DNA from: an uncultured Spirochaetota bacterium
Lineage (GTDB): Bacteria; Spirochaetota; B62-G9; DRHN01
Assembly (NCBI GenBank): GCA_964433545.1
Contig: CAYSRJ010000014.1
Location: 10,611-74,610 of the forward strand
Length of the DNA stretch: 64,000 nucleotides
Direction of reading: 5' to 3'
The notes under the pieces were generated by a model that saw nothing but the letters and a program-made list of their open reading frames with translations, searched no databases and was not told the DNA's origin. The translations under genes were made by a program, and so were the position numbers. This document shows, piece after piece, positions 1-9,452 of this stretch; within the stretch, counting starts at the first letter, position 1, and each line of letters opens with the position of its first letter.

Positions 1-1
1 C

Positions 2-1252
2 GACGATAAGACCATATTCCAGCACCTGCTTGACGTGGCGCCGCAGGGGCAGGTACTGGCAAGCGGAGGAAGTATTGAAAAGGGCCGCAGTCTCGCGACC
101 AGGACCTTCGAAGAAACCTACCTGAACGGGTATGTGGCCCATACCCCCATCGAGACACACACGGCGGTAGTGCAGATAAAAGGAGGAAGGGCTACTGTCT
201 GGGCGTCGACTCAGACTCCTTTCCCGGCTCAGAACGAAGTTGCAGAGGCCCTCGGTATCCCCGTCGAGAGAGTCAGAATAATTACTCCTTTTTTGGGCGG
301 AGGATTCGGCGGAAAGAGCAGGAATCAGCAGGTCGTCGAAGCGGCTCTCCTGTCAAAGCTGACCGGCAGGCCGGTGCAGGTGTCATGGAGCCGGGAAGAG
401 GAATTCTTCAACGATTCCTTCCGCCCAGCTGCAGTGGTTAAAATAAGCTCCGGCATTCAAAACAGAGGCAGGATCGTGTTCTGGGATTACAATGTCTATT
501 TCGCCGGCGACAGGGGAGCGGCTCAGTTTTATGAAATACCTCATCACCGCACCTATTCCACCGGGTTTTCGTACAGTGGAAGCTCTCGGCGGTACCACCC
601 CTTTAACACCGGGCCGTGGCGGGCACCAGGAGCCAACACCAATGTCTTTGCAATGGAGTCCCAGATCGATATAATGGCAGCAGGCGCCGGAATGGATCCC
701 CTGGAATTCAGGCTCAGCAATCTGCGGGACACGAGAATGAAAAGGGTTCTCAACGCGGCTGCTTCAAAATTCGGATGGGTTCCCGCAAGGGCGCCGAGCG
801 GCCGCGGCTATGGTGTCGCATGTGCAAGAGATGCGGGCAGCTATGTTGCCCACATGGCTGAAGTCGAGGTCGATCGTTCAAAAGGCAGCGTGCAGGTCAA
901 TCGCGTGGTGTGCGCGCAAGACATGGGCCTTGTGATCAATCCGGAAGGAGCGGTGCAGCAGATTGAAGGATGTGTCACCATGGGGCTTGGATACGCGCTG
1001 GCCGAAGAGATTCACTTTCAAGAGGGAAAGATTTTCGATCTCAATTTCGACACCTATAAAATACCAAGGTTTTCCTGGCTGCCGAAGATCGACACGGTGC
1101 TGATCGATAATAAGGATTTTTCTCCCCAGGGATGCGGAGAGCCCGCCATCGTTTGTATGGGCGCTGTAATCGCAAACGCGATTTACGATGCGGTCGGCGC
1201 GAGGCTCCGCCAGCTTCCCATGATCCCGGAGCGGGTCAGAGAAGCGTTGTAA
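2..1252 (+). CDS. xanthine dehydrogenase/aldehyde oxidase family molybdopterin-binding subunit, C-terminal part; 5' end lies outside the window
   Basis: The reading frame is open from base 2, with no stop upstream of the GTG at 35. The translation contains a GGGFGGKS motif and hammerhead/MoCo-binding-like segments typical of XDH/CoxL-family large subunits. Confidence 0.7.
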   Translation, partial: DDKTIFQHLLDVAPQGQVLASGGSIEKGRSLATRTFEETYLNGYVAHTPIETHTAVVQIKGGRATVWASTQTPFPAQNEVAEALGIPVERVRIITPFLGGGFGGKSRNQQVVEAALLSKLTGRPVQVSWSREEEFFNDSFRPAAVVKISSGIQNRGRIVFWDYNVYFAGDRGAAQFYEIPHHRTYSTGFSYSGSSRRYHPFNTGPWRAPGANTNVFAMESQIDIMAAGAGMDPLEFRLSNLRDTRMKRVLNAAASKFGWVPARAPSGRGYGVACARDAGSYVAHMAEVEVDRSKGSVQVNRVVCAQDMGLVINPEGAVQQIEGCVTMGLGYALAEEIHFQEGKIFDLNFDTYKIPRFSWLPKIDTVLIDNKDFSPQGCGEPAIVCMGAVIANAIYDAVGARLRQLPMIPERVREAL

Positions 1253-1395
1253 ATAGCTATGGGGTTGGGACTGGGGGAGCGACAATATAATTTCCGGGAG
1301 CAGTGAGATCTGTACTGTAATGACGTCATCCTTGGTCCCCATAAGATTTTTAAGAGAGAAAGGTTAAATACCCTATCGGATCTTCGCTTTCATGT

Positions 1396-2082
1396 CTAAA
1401 TCCCGAGAAGGGCAGGTAATTCTGCCAAGGTAGGTACTTCAGCGTCGGGATTCCCCGGGAGTTTCTCAGGACGCTGGCCGTAACGGTTGCACCACACTAC
1501 ACGCAATCCAAAGGCAGAAGCCCCATATGCATCCCATGCATTTGAGGATTGAAAACAAATGGCATGCCTTTTGACTCCAAAAGCATCCAAAGCGAGTTGA
1601 TACACGGAAGGGTGAGGCTTGTAGATTCCAGCCGCCTCGATTGACAGGACTTTATCCAGCAGATGGCCGATGCCGGCTCCTTCAACAGCGGCGGACAGCA
1701 TAGTCGGAGATCCGTTGGAGAGTATCGCCGTCTTCATACCGGCAGATTTAAGTTTCTCGAGCATTTCGTAAACTTCAGGAAATGGCTTCAGGGTCAGGTA
1801 TAGTTTCATGAGCCGATCCCACAAGGAGGGATCGTTTATTTCGAGCGTCTCCATGGCAAAGTCAAGTGCGTCACCTGTGACCTCCCAGAAATCTTTATGC
1901 TGCCCCATGAGGGAACGCTGCCATGTGTACTGCAGTTGTTTTTCACGCCAGATCGCTGAAAGGGGATCTGTGTTGTTGCCCAGAGCATCGCGGCATTGAG
2001 CGGCTGCAGCGTTGAAATCGAAGAGCGTTCCGTAGGCATCGAACACACAGACCTCAACGCCTTTTATTTCAGACTCGCTCAT
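1396..2082 (-). CDS. (S)-2-haloacid dehalogenase (HAD superfamily, type II)
   Basis: 228 aa. N-terminal FDAYGTLFD nucleophile motif and overall L-DEX-like architecture. Confidence 0.65.
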   Translation of the reverse strand: MSESEIKGVEVCVFDAYGTLFDFNAAAAQCRDALGNNTDPLSAIWREKQLQYTWQRSLMGQHKDFWEVTGDALDFAMETLEINDPSLWDRLMKLYLTLKPFPEVYEMLEKLKSAGMKTAILSNGSPTMLSAAVEGAGIGHLLDKVLSIEAAGIYKPHPSVYQLALDAFGVKRHAICFQSSNAWDAYGASAFGLRVVWCNRYGQRPEKLPGNPDAEVPTLAELPALLGI

Positions 2083-2174
2083 TTATACACCTTTGATTGT
2101 TACAGTATCATTCTCTTCCTATTTCGAAGAGACCCTTTACATCATGTATCGTGTCCCGAAGTATTGTATCCCCG

Positions 2175-3485
2175 TTACCCCACATAGACAGTTTTTATGT
2201 TGACGAATTCCCTGATTCCGTATGAAGAAAGCTCACGTCCATACCCGCTCTCCTTGACGCCTCCGAATGGAAGTCTGGGATCGGAGCGCACAAAGCTGTT
2301 CACAAAACAGCACCCCGCTTCAAGCTCATGAGCTGCAATCCTCTCACCACGCTTCCTATCCTGTGTATAAACAGCGGCACCCAAGCCGAAGGAGTTGTCG
2401 TTGGCTACCCCTATGGCATCTTGCTCGGTTTTCACGGGGATTACCGCTGCCACTGGACCGAAAAGCTCCTCTTCGTAGGCTGGCATTCCTTTTCCAACGT
2501 CTGTAAGAACCGTGGGCTGATAAAATGCTCCCGGTCCTGCCGGAATCTCGCCTCCAAGAAGGCATTGAGCGCCTTTTCGTACGCTCTCCTGAACCTGCCG
2601 GTGCAGCTCGTCCCTGAGGTCGTGTGTGGCAAGCGGCCCCAGTCTGGTATCCTTTCTTGTTGGATCTCCCGGTTGGTAAGCACGCATTTTTTTCACGAAG
2701 CGTGTTTCGAATTCCTTGCGTATGGCCTCTACCACGACGAACCGTTTCGCTGCGATACAGCTCTGGCCTTTGTTGATAAGCCGGTTGGTCACACAACTCT
2801 CCACCGTATTCTCCAGTTCTGCGTCCGCCAGGATCAGGTATGGATCGCTTCCACCAAGCTCGAGCGCAGATTTTTTGATATTCTTACTGGCCCGGCTTCC
2901 CACCTCGCGGCCTGCGGGTTTACTGCCTGTGAATGTAACGGCGGCCACCCTGCTGTCCTCGATAACGGGCCATATATCCTTGCTTCTGGTTACGAGAGTT
3001 CGAAACACGTTCTCAGGTAACCCGGCGGAGCGAAAGACATCCTCTATGGACAGTGCGCATCCGGGAACGATGGAGGAGTGCTTGAGCACGGCGACGTTTC
3101 CTGCCATGAGAGAAGGTGCGGCAAACCGAAAGACCTGCCAAAAGGGGAAGTTCCAGGGCATGATTGCCAGAACGATACCCAAAGGCTGAAACGTGACGAA
3201 GCTCTTGAGGGCATCGGTCTTGATTGTCTCATCTTGTAAAAAAGTTTGGGTATTTTCAGCATAATAGTCACAGACCCACGCACATTTTTCCACCTCAGAC
3301 AGCCCATCATGTATTGGTTTTCCCATCTCTTCAGCCATCTTCATGGAGAGATGCGTCTTTTTCTCCAGCAGGATTCTGGATACGGCCCTCATGTAATGTG
3401 CCCTCTCTCTGAAGTCGAGTTTCTTCCAGATTCCAAAAGCTTCCTGTGACTGCGACAGTATGGAGTGTATATCTTCCTGCTCCAT
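2175..3485 (-). CDS. NAD(P)-dependent aldehyde dehydrogenase (succinate-semialdehyde dehydrogenase-like)
   Basis: 436 aa. ALDH family motifs ELGGSDP and GQSCIAAKR (catalytic Cys) and Rossmann segments. Confidence 0.75.
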   Translation of the reverse strand: MEQEDIHSILSQSQEAFGIWKKLDFRERAHYMRAVSRILLEKKTHLSMKMAEEMGKPIHDGLSEVEKCAWVCDYYAENTQTFLQDETIKTDALKSFVTFQPLGIVLAIMPWNFPFWQVFRFAAPSLMAGNVAVLKHSSIVPGCALSIEDVFRSAGLPENVFRTLVTRSKDIWPVIEDSRVAAVTFTGSKPAGREVGSRASKNIKKSALELGGSDPYLILADAELENTVESCVTNRLINKGQSCIAAKRFVVVEAIRKEFETRFVKKMRAYQPGDPTRKDTRLGPLATHDLRDELHRQVQESVRKGAQCLLGGEIPAGPGAFYQPTVLTDVGKGMPAYEEELFGPVAAVIPVKTEQDAIGVANDNSFGLGAAVYTQDRKRGERIAAHELEAGCCFVNSFVRSDPRLPFGGVKESGYGRELSSYGIREFVNIKTVYVG

Positions 3486-4414
3486 CAGGGTGTATTCACG
3501 AATGATCTTTCCTGTTGCTGGGTTTATGGTCTTCTTGGGTCACAACTCATAGTATAGTCTTTGATGAAATAAACTTGGCTTAAGTTACTCTTTCGATCGA
3601 AACGCCTTTTTGATGACACACTTTTAAGCTTTTTACAGGGGCATTTCTTTACAATGAAATCTCAGAATCATTGCACTTTTAATAAGTAATTCGATATCAT
3701 TTTAATTGCATGGATATTACCAGTCAATGAGAAACAACCCCGTATAGATCTTTTTCACAATCACACATGACCGCTTCCAGCCACCGCACTTCTCCCGGAA
3801 AGTTGGTGGCTTGAAAATGTTTTTCTTGCAGCAGCCAGGTTTCCTACCTATAATGTACCGTAGAATAGAGCAGTAATTTGTGACAACTGTGATGAATCTT
3901 TCATTTCAGAAAATGTATCTCGGGAAGTCATGAAATTGGCAGAAAAAGGAGTAATAAGTAGAGGTATTGAGATTGAAATACTCAACTTTGCGGCATAATT
4001 TAATGAAACTTGAAAATAATCGACTTCTCAGGTTGTAATTTACTGGATTTTTTGCCTAAAGAGGTGCGTGTTTCAGGGTATTCATTTTCCCAAGCTGCCT
4101 CCTGAGAACCCACGACGTTGGAATCTCCCTTGGTACTGTTTCAAGAAATCGTGCGCAATCAGGGATACCCAATAACTCGTTCAAGATAACGAGGAAGCCT
4201 GCGTGATCCATGAGGTGCGAAGATTTGATATCCAGGGCAAGAGATATCTGGAATTGTGTGGAAAACACTACATGAATGATCTATGTCTCCGGCATGGATT
4301 TGCAGGATTTACTGATAGGGATACTTCCGGTATTCTTGAGATTGTGGTATATTTCGAATTACTTGCGCGCAGATTTAAGATTAGTATTGGAAGTCTTTAA
4401 AATAAAGAGGTCGA

Positions 4415-4912
4415 TTGATTATGGGTATCATTGAAATATGCGGCTATGTTCCCGGAGCAATAGGTCGGGTGACAGCGCTGCATGCGCTCTACTACCATAA
4501 AAACTGGGGTTTCGGACTGTATTTTGAAGCAAAAGTCGCCAGAGAAGTCGGGGAGTTCTTGAGCCGTTTCGACGAAACGGCCGACGGCTTCTGGACAGTT
4601 TGCTCCAAAAATGTAGTTGAAGGCTCGATTTCGATTGACGCTATCAATGCTGCAGATGAAGGAGCACACCTCAGGTGGTTTATTCTGTCTCCAGAGCTAC
4701 AAGGTCGTGGGTACGGCAATAGACTTATGGAAAGAGCGGTCTCTTTTTGCCGGATGAATGGGTATAGATCAGTCTACCTCTGGACATTCACGGGACTTGA
4801 TGCCGCAAAACATATCTATGATAAGTTCGGTTTCAGAATTGTGAAGCAGGAAAAAGGAACGCAGTGGGGAAAGGAAGTCCTCGAACAGAAGTATGTATTA
4901 CGACTGTCCTGA
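4415..4912 (+). CDS. GNAT family N-acetyltransferase
   Basis: 165 aa. Acetyl-CoA-binding motif LQGRGYGNRLM and a C-terminal FGF..V segment typical of GNAT. Confidence 0.7.
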   Translation: MIMGIIEICGYVPGAIGRVTALHALYYHKNWGFGLYFEAKVAREVGEFLSRFDETADGFWTVCSKNVVEGSISIDAINAADEGAHLRWFILSPELQGRGYGNRLMERAVSFCRMNGYRSVYLWTFTGLDAAKHIYDKFGFRIVKQEKGTQWGKEVLEQKYVLRLS

Positions 4913-5089
4913 TTTATCCTGTCTATCGTACAAGTCCGGTTTTACGGCATTATGTGATATCTGGTATCACAGGCGATCACAGAAAAAACGCGGGAAATTG
5001 GGATTCGTGGATCATTTGTGGATGGGTTGTCCGAGGAACGTCCATGTTCGGCCCAAAACATGGAAGGTCAAGACGCGGTCGGCTCCCCA

Positions 5090-5770
5090 CTATTGAAATA
5101 GAGACGGTACAAAAGCAATGCTTTGTATAATATGAGTGTGTTGTTCCTTTGATAGTTGTTCGGCAGTATGGGCGCCCGACAGCACGGCTATATTCCAGCG
5201 CACTCCTGCCTTCCAGCCGGCCTGCAGGTCGAGCGCAGTATCTCCGATGTTCGCAACCTGTCGTATATCGATGATCTCCGCTAGCTCCATTGCCCGAAAT
5301 ATCATAAATGGAGCAGGGCGGCCGCGGGACACGTCCTCTCCGCAAACGACTGCATCAAATACATCATTTTTCCAGCCTGAACTATTAAGAATAATTTCCA
5401 CGATGGATCGATCGAATCCCGTATTAAGCGCCGCTTTTATACCGTGTTCGCGAAGCCATTTGAATGTTTGTGCAGCTCCGGGAACAGCACGCACACCCTG
5501 TTTTAGATAAGTGCCCGCCAATCGGTTATTAAAATCCTTGTAAATCGTTTCCATTAAATGAATGGTATCTTTCCGCCTGTCTGGATAAGAGACGGAGATC
5601 AGACTGTGGATTGCTTCTCTCTTTGAAGCTCCTCGGAATTTGCGTATATCTTCATTGGAGACATTAATTCCACATGCGTTCAGCGCGGCAATAAATGCGG
5701 CAGGAACCTGCCCGTTGTCTACTATCGTCGTCCCGGCCAAATCAAAGATGATTAACCGAATATCGTCCAT
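5090..5770 (-). CDS. PhnX-like HAD hydrolase (phosphonoacetaldehyde hydrolase family, short form)
   Basis: FDLAGTTIVD nucleophile motif. Segments DVSRGRPAPFMIFRAMELA and IGDTALDLQAGWKAG resemble PhnX DVPAGRPYPWMCYKNAMELG and VGDTVSDMKEGRNAG. Confidence 0.55.
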   Translation of the reverse strand: MDDIRLIIFDLAGTTIVDNGQVPAAFIAALNACGINVSNEDIRKFRGASKREAIHSLISVSYPDRRKDTIHLMETIYKDFNNRLAGTYLKQGVRAVPGAAQTFKWLREHGIKAALNTGFDRSIVEIILNSSGWKNDVFDAVVCGEDVSRGRPAPFMIFRAMELAEIIDIRQVANIGDTALDLQAGWKAGVRWNIAVLSGAHTAEQLSKEQHTHIIQSIAFVPSLFQ

Positions 5771-5936
5771 GAATACTCAGGGTCTCTTGTAGGATGCCAT
5801 TTTTATATAGTGTTGCGATGGTGGTCTCCTCCTGGAAAACGGAGGAGCTTCAATTATTTTAACCACCTGGATGAAATAGTATCGTATTTCTTCCATTTCC
5901 ACAAATTAAAAGTGGTGTATGCTCTCCTTGGGAAAG

Positions 5937-5964
5937 TCCCTGGCGGGATGTATCCCTGGCGGGA
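5937..5964. promoter_or_regulatory. tandem direct repeat TCCCTGGCGGGA-TGTA-TCCCTGGCGGGA in the divergent phnX-like/deoR intergenic region; candidate regulator-binding site
   Basis: Exact 12-mer duplicated with a 4-nt spacer, seen directly in the sequence. Confidence 0.3.
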
Positions 5965-5977
5965 CTGAATATTAAAA

Positions 5978-6002
5978 AGTAACTTTTATGAAGTTACTTA
6001 GA
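5978..6002. repeat. REP/MITE-like palindromic element copy (AGTAACTT-ttatg-AAGTTACT-TAGA)
   Basis: 8-bp perfect inverted repeat with a 5-nt loop. Same core as the copies at 7058, 39297, 53647, 53706 and 58047. Confidence 0.6.
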
Positions 6003-6178
6003 TGTATATAGGTTTTTAATCAACAATATTAGGTGATGGAGGGGGCGGAGCCATATTGGAAACAAAACTGGCGCAGGATAAGTAATGATGAGAGGGTGGT
6101 GATGAAGTTCAGGCAGTGTTTTTTTGTCTTTATCAATGGAGATTGGATTAAAGATTCAGAAATATTCAAAATAATTAC

Positions 6179-6206
6179 TTGACATTCAGAATATTTTTAA
6201 TATGAT
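6179..6206 (+). promoter_or_regulatory. sigma70-like promoter (TTGACA-16-TATGAT) upstream of the DeoR regulator gene
   Basis: Consensus -35 and near-consensus -10 with 16-nt spacing, about 40 nt upstream of the ATG at 6247. Confidence 0.35.
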
Positions 6207-6246
6207 TCAATAATATACATTATAAATTCTTCCTTTGGAAAAGTTA

Positions 6247-7062
6247 ATGCCTTCAGGTCTTATTCCTGCTGATAGGCAAAAGCGGATTTACGATCTCCTC
6301 CGCGAACAGGGTGTTGTCAAAGTCAATGAAATTAGTAAACTATTAGGTGTATCCGAGTTAACTATCAGAAGGGATCTCGATGTATTGGAAAAAAAGGAAA
6401 TCCTCGAGAGAACACACGGCGGGGCGATTTACAATCAGAGAATGCCGGTAGAGCCTCTCTATGAGCAGAAGCATAGGCTGCACAAAGAGGAAAAAAAAGC
6501 AATTGGACGGTATGCAGCAGAACTTATAGAAGACGGTGATACTATTCTGATTAATAGTGGTTCTACAACGCTGGAAGTAATCAACAATCTTCGAAATAAA
6601 AGCGTGAGAATCATTACAAGTAATCTTGGTGCTATATATAAATCCGTAGAAAGTAAATTTGAGCTTATAATGCTTGGAGGTTTATTTCGTTCACAATCAA
6701 ACTCCCTCGTTGGTGAGTTTGCTCAGATTTTGCTTAAACGTGTATACGGTGCAAAGACAATTATAGGCGTTGATGGTTTCAGCATAAAGTATGGACTGAC
6801 TACTCCTGTACTTGAAGAAGCGGGCATTGCCAATAAGATGATTGAATCTACGCTGGGGATGGTCATAGTCGTAGCTGATTATAGTAAATTAGGGGTTGTA
6901 TCAAACTTTGTTTCTGCACCAATAAATAAGGTGAATGTTCTGGTTACAGATGATAAGATAGATGACGAGTATCGAAATAGCCTCGAGGAGATAGGAATAC
7001 GGGTAGTGGTTGCATCCTTAAATGTGGCCAAAGCCACTTCGCGGCCGAGTATCAAACAGTAA
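6247..7062 (+). CDS. DeoR/GlpR family transcriptional regulator
   Basis: N-terminal HTH (RQKRIYDLLREQGVVKVNEISKLLGVSELTIRRDLDVLE) and C-terminal DeoR sugar-binding domain. The last 8 codons and the stop codon lie inside a repeat element. Confidence 0.8.
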   Translation: MPSGLIPADRQKRIYDLLREQGVVKVNEISKLLGVSELTIRRDLDVLEKKEILERTHGGAIYNQRMPVEPLYEQKHRLHKEEKKAIGRYAAELIEDGDTILINSGSTTLEVINNLRNKSVRIITSNLGAIYKSVESKFELIMLGGLFRSQSNSLVGEFAQILLKRVYGAKTIIGVDGFSIKYGLTTPVLEEAGIANKMIESTLGMVIVVADYSKLGVVSNFVSAPINKVNVLVTDDKIDDEYRNSLEEIGIRVVVASLNVAKATSRPSIKQ

Positions 7063-7086
7063 CTTCGCGAGAAGTTACTCAGAAGC
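7037..7086. repeat. REP/MITE-like element copy (CTTCGCGGCCGAGTATCAAAC + AGTAACTTC-gcga-GAAGTTACT + CAGAAG)
   Basis: 9-bp stem with a 4-nt loop. The left arm is near-identical to 53623-53646 and 37395-37410. The TAA inside AGTAACTT is the deoR stop codon. Confidence 0.65.
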
Positions 7087-7187
7087 CAAGGTTGCATCTC
7101 ATATATGATAACCAGAGTGGTCTTCTGCTGGAATTAATGCAGAATCTGAGTTAAAATATAAAAAAATTTAAGAGTGGGAGGTAAGCA

Positions 7188-8270
7188 ATGAAAAAGCTTT
7201 TAGTTGTTTTGCTCATCATTTTTTTTGGTGTCACAGCTAATTTGTTTGCGGCAGGTACTAAAGAAGTGGAGAATAAAGTCTTGAGACTCATTACCTGGTC
7301 AGGTTACGCACCACCGCAGCTTGTTGAAAAGTTTAAAGAAGAAACAGGCATAACGGTGGAAGTTACCCTCAGTAACAACGAAGAGATGATCTCGAAACTC
7401 AGAGCCACGAGGGGCGGGGGTTTTGACCTTGCCCAGCCATCACAGGACAGAATTTCTGCAGTGGTAGAGCAGTATAATATCTATCAGCCAATTGACTATT
7501 CAAAGGTCGATACTGATCAGATAGACCCGTCACTTCTGGAAGCTGTAAAGAAAAATACCCTTGTGAACGGGAAATCCTATGCAGTACCTCACGTGTACGG
7601 CACTTCAGGTCTTGTGATAAATAAAGCAAAAGCACCGGATGTGAAAGATTATAAAGACCTGCTTAATCCTAAATATACGGGAAGGGTCTCATACAGGATG
7701 AAAAGGCCTACCCTGCTTGCAATGGGATATTCTTTCGGGTACGATCCTTTTTCTCTCTATGACGATAAAGCTGCCTATCAGAAGTTTCTCGATGAGATAG
7801 CAGAGAAACTTATTGCCGGAAAACCGGTTGTAAGATTCTACTGGGATAACGGCGATCAGCTGCTTGAATCACTTCGATCAGGAGAAGTCTGGGCTGCAAT
7901 GGCCTGGGAGCAGGCAGGCTGGAAACTGCACGGGGAGAACCCTGATATAGATTATGTTGCACCGACGAGCGGTGCAATGGCATGGATTGATACATTTGCC
8001 ATTCCTGCAAAGTCTGAAAACATCGAAGGTGCATACAAATGGATCAATTTCAGCCTGAGGCCTGAGAATGCTGCGGTATTCACCAATAAGGAAAAATACG
8101 GCACAGCTTCAAAAGATGCTGTAAAATTCCTGGAACCCAGTACTGCTGACAACTTCAAGAGATGTCTTCCTCCCGAAGTGCTGGCGAAAGCCCACTGGTA
8201 TCCTCCCGTACCCCCGGGTTTGGAAGAAATGGAAGGAAAGGTACTGGACAGAATCAGGGCCTCGAAATAA
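7188..8270 (+). CDS. ABC transporter periplasmic substrate-binding protein, PotD/PotF/PhnS family
   Basis: Signal peptide MKKLLVVLLIIFFGVTANLFAAG. Polyamine/2-AEP-type SBP fold. Good RBS GGAGG. Confidence 0.75.
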   Translation: MKKLLVVLLIIFFGVTANLFAAGTKEVENKVLRLITWSGYAPPQLVEKFKEETGITVEVTLSNNEEMISKLRATRGGGFDLAQPSQDRISAVVEQYNIYQPIDYSKVDTDQIDPSLLEAVKKNTLVNGKSYAVPHVYGTSGLVINKAKAPDVKDYKDLLNPKYTGRVSYRMKRPTLLAMGYSFGYDPFSLYDDKAAYQKFLDEIAEKLIAGKPVVRFYWDNGDQLLESLRSGEVWAAMAWEQAGWKLHGENPDIDYVAPTSGAMAWIDTFAIPAKSENIEGAYKWINFSLRPENAAVFTNKEKYGTASKDAVKFLEPSTADNFKRCLPPEVLAKAHWYPPVPPGLEEMEGKVLDRIRASK

Positions 8271-8277
8271 AACATTC

Positions 8278-8318
8278 AAACCGGCAGTAGAGACACTACT
8301 GCCGGTTTTTTTACTGTA
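8278..8318 (+). terminator. intrinsic terminator/attenuator hairpin after the SBP gene
   Basis: AACCGGCAGTAG-agaca-CTACTGCCGGTT followed by TTTTTTT. Confidence 0.5.
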
Positions 8319-8339
8319 TACCCGGAAGGTGAAATCAAA

Positions 8340-9452
8340 ATGCAGATTGCATTATCTGTACAAAACGTAACGAAAAAATTCGGTGATTTTATAGCAGTTG
8401 ATAGTGTTTCCTTCGATGTGGAAGACGGAAAATTTTTTTCAATACTCGGGCCTTCAGGATCCGGTAAAACAACACTACTGAGAATGATAGCAGGGTTTTA
8501 TGAACCCTCAAGCGGGTCAATCAAGATACGCGAAAAAGATATGGCTGGGGTTGGTCCGAACAAGAGGCCGGTTAATCTTGTTTTTCAGAGTCTCGCCTTA
8601 TTTCCGATGATGAACGTTTTTGAGAATGTTTCGTTTGGATTGAAAAGGAGAGGTGAGAAGAGCGGGGATGTGAAAAAAAAGGTCGAATCTATGCTGGAAA
8701 GGGTCGGTCTCATCGACTTTGGAAACAGGAAGATAAATCAGCTCTCCGGCGGACAAAAACAGAGAGTTGCCATCGCACGATGTCTGGTGATGGATCCGAC
8801 GGTTCTGCTTTTAGATGAGCCGCTTGGTGCATTGGACTTTAAATTACGAGAAAATATGAAAGTTGAGCTTAAAAAACTGCAGGCAAAAGTAGGAACCACC
8901 TTTGTCTATATAACCCATGATCAATCGGAAGCAATGGTGATGAGCGATCATGTAGCTGTTCTGAATGCTGGCCGTTTTGAACAGATAGATACTCCGCAAA
9001 ACCTCTATAACAAACCGGCCTCCGCGTTTGTTGCACAGTTTGTCGGAGACAATAATAAGTTCCATGTCAAACTCGGTACGGACAGGCACGGTGTTTTTTA
9101 CGCAACGACAGATGAAGGACAATCGTTTAAACTGGACAAATCGTATGATTTAACGAGAGACAATTCATTCGAAATGTATGTGAGACCCGAGGCAATAATA
9201 ATCAATCCCAAGGAAGACAAGGACAGTGTTAATCTATTGAATGTAGAAGTGAAGTCTATACTATTTGACGGTGGCAACAGTAGAATCCTCATTGTGCCGG
9301 AGGGTTCCAACAAAGAGATTATTGTTTCCCTCCCGCAGAACAGGAAATATGATACGCTCAAAGTCAAAGATAGATTGAAAATTGGCTGGTATCCTTCTGC
9401 AGTCGTATGTTTCAAGGGGACAGGTAAGAGGATATATGAAGAAATCTCATAA
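8340..9452 (+). CDS. ABC transporter ATP-binding protein, PotA/PhnT-like with C-terminal TOBE domain
   Basis: Walker A GPSGSGKTT, signature LSGGQKQRVAIARC, Walker B LLLDEP. The 370 aa length is consistent with an added C-terminal regulatory domain. Confidence 0.85.
   Translation: MQIALSVQNVTKKFGDFIAVDSVSFDVEDGKFFSILGPSGSGKTTLLRMIAGFYEPSSGSIKIREKDMAGVGPNKRPVNLVFQSLALFPMMNVFENVSFGLKRRGEKSGDVKKKVESMLERVGLIDFGNRKINQLSGGQKQRVAIARCLVMDPTVLLLDEPLGALDFKLRENMKVELKKLQAKVGTTFVYITHDQSEAMVMSDHVAVLNAGRFEQIDTPQNLYNKPASAFVAQFVGDNNKFHVKLGTDRHGVFYATTDEGQSFKLDKSYDLTRDNSFEMYVRPEAIIINPKEDKDSVNLLNVEVKSILFDGGNSRILIVPEGSNKEIIVSLPQNRKYDTLKVKDRLKIGWYPSAVVCFKGTGKRIYEEIS

Noticed and set aside
2267-3310. Multiple long antisense or alternative-frame ORFs inside the aldehyde dehydrogenase gene (for example 2328-3020 +, 2716-3189 +)
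   Set aside because: They are shadow ORFs in a GC-biased coding region with low-complexity (Arg/Ser/Pro-rich) translations. The minus-strand ALDH frame carries clear family motifs.
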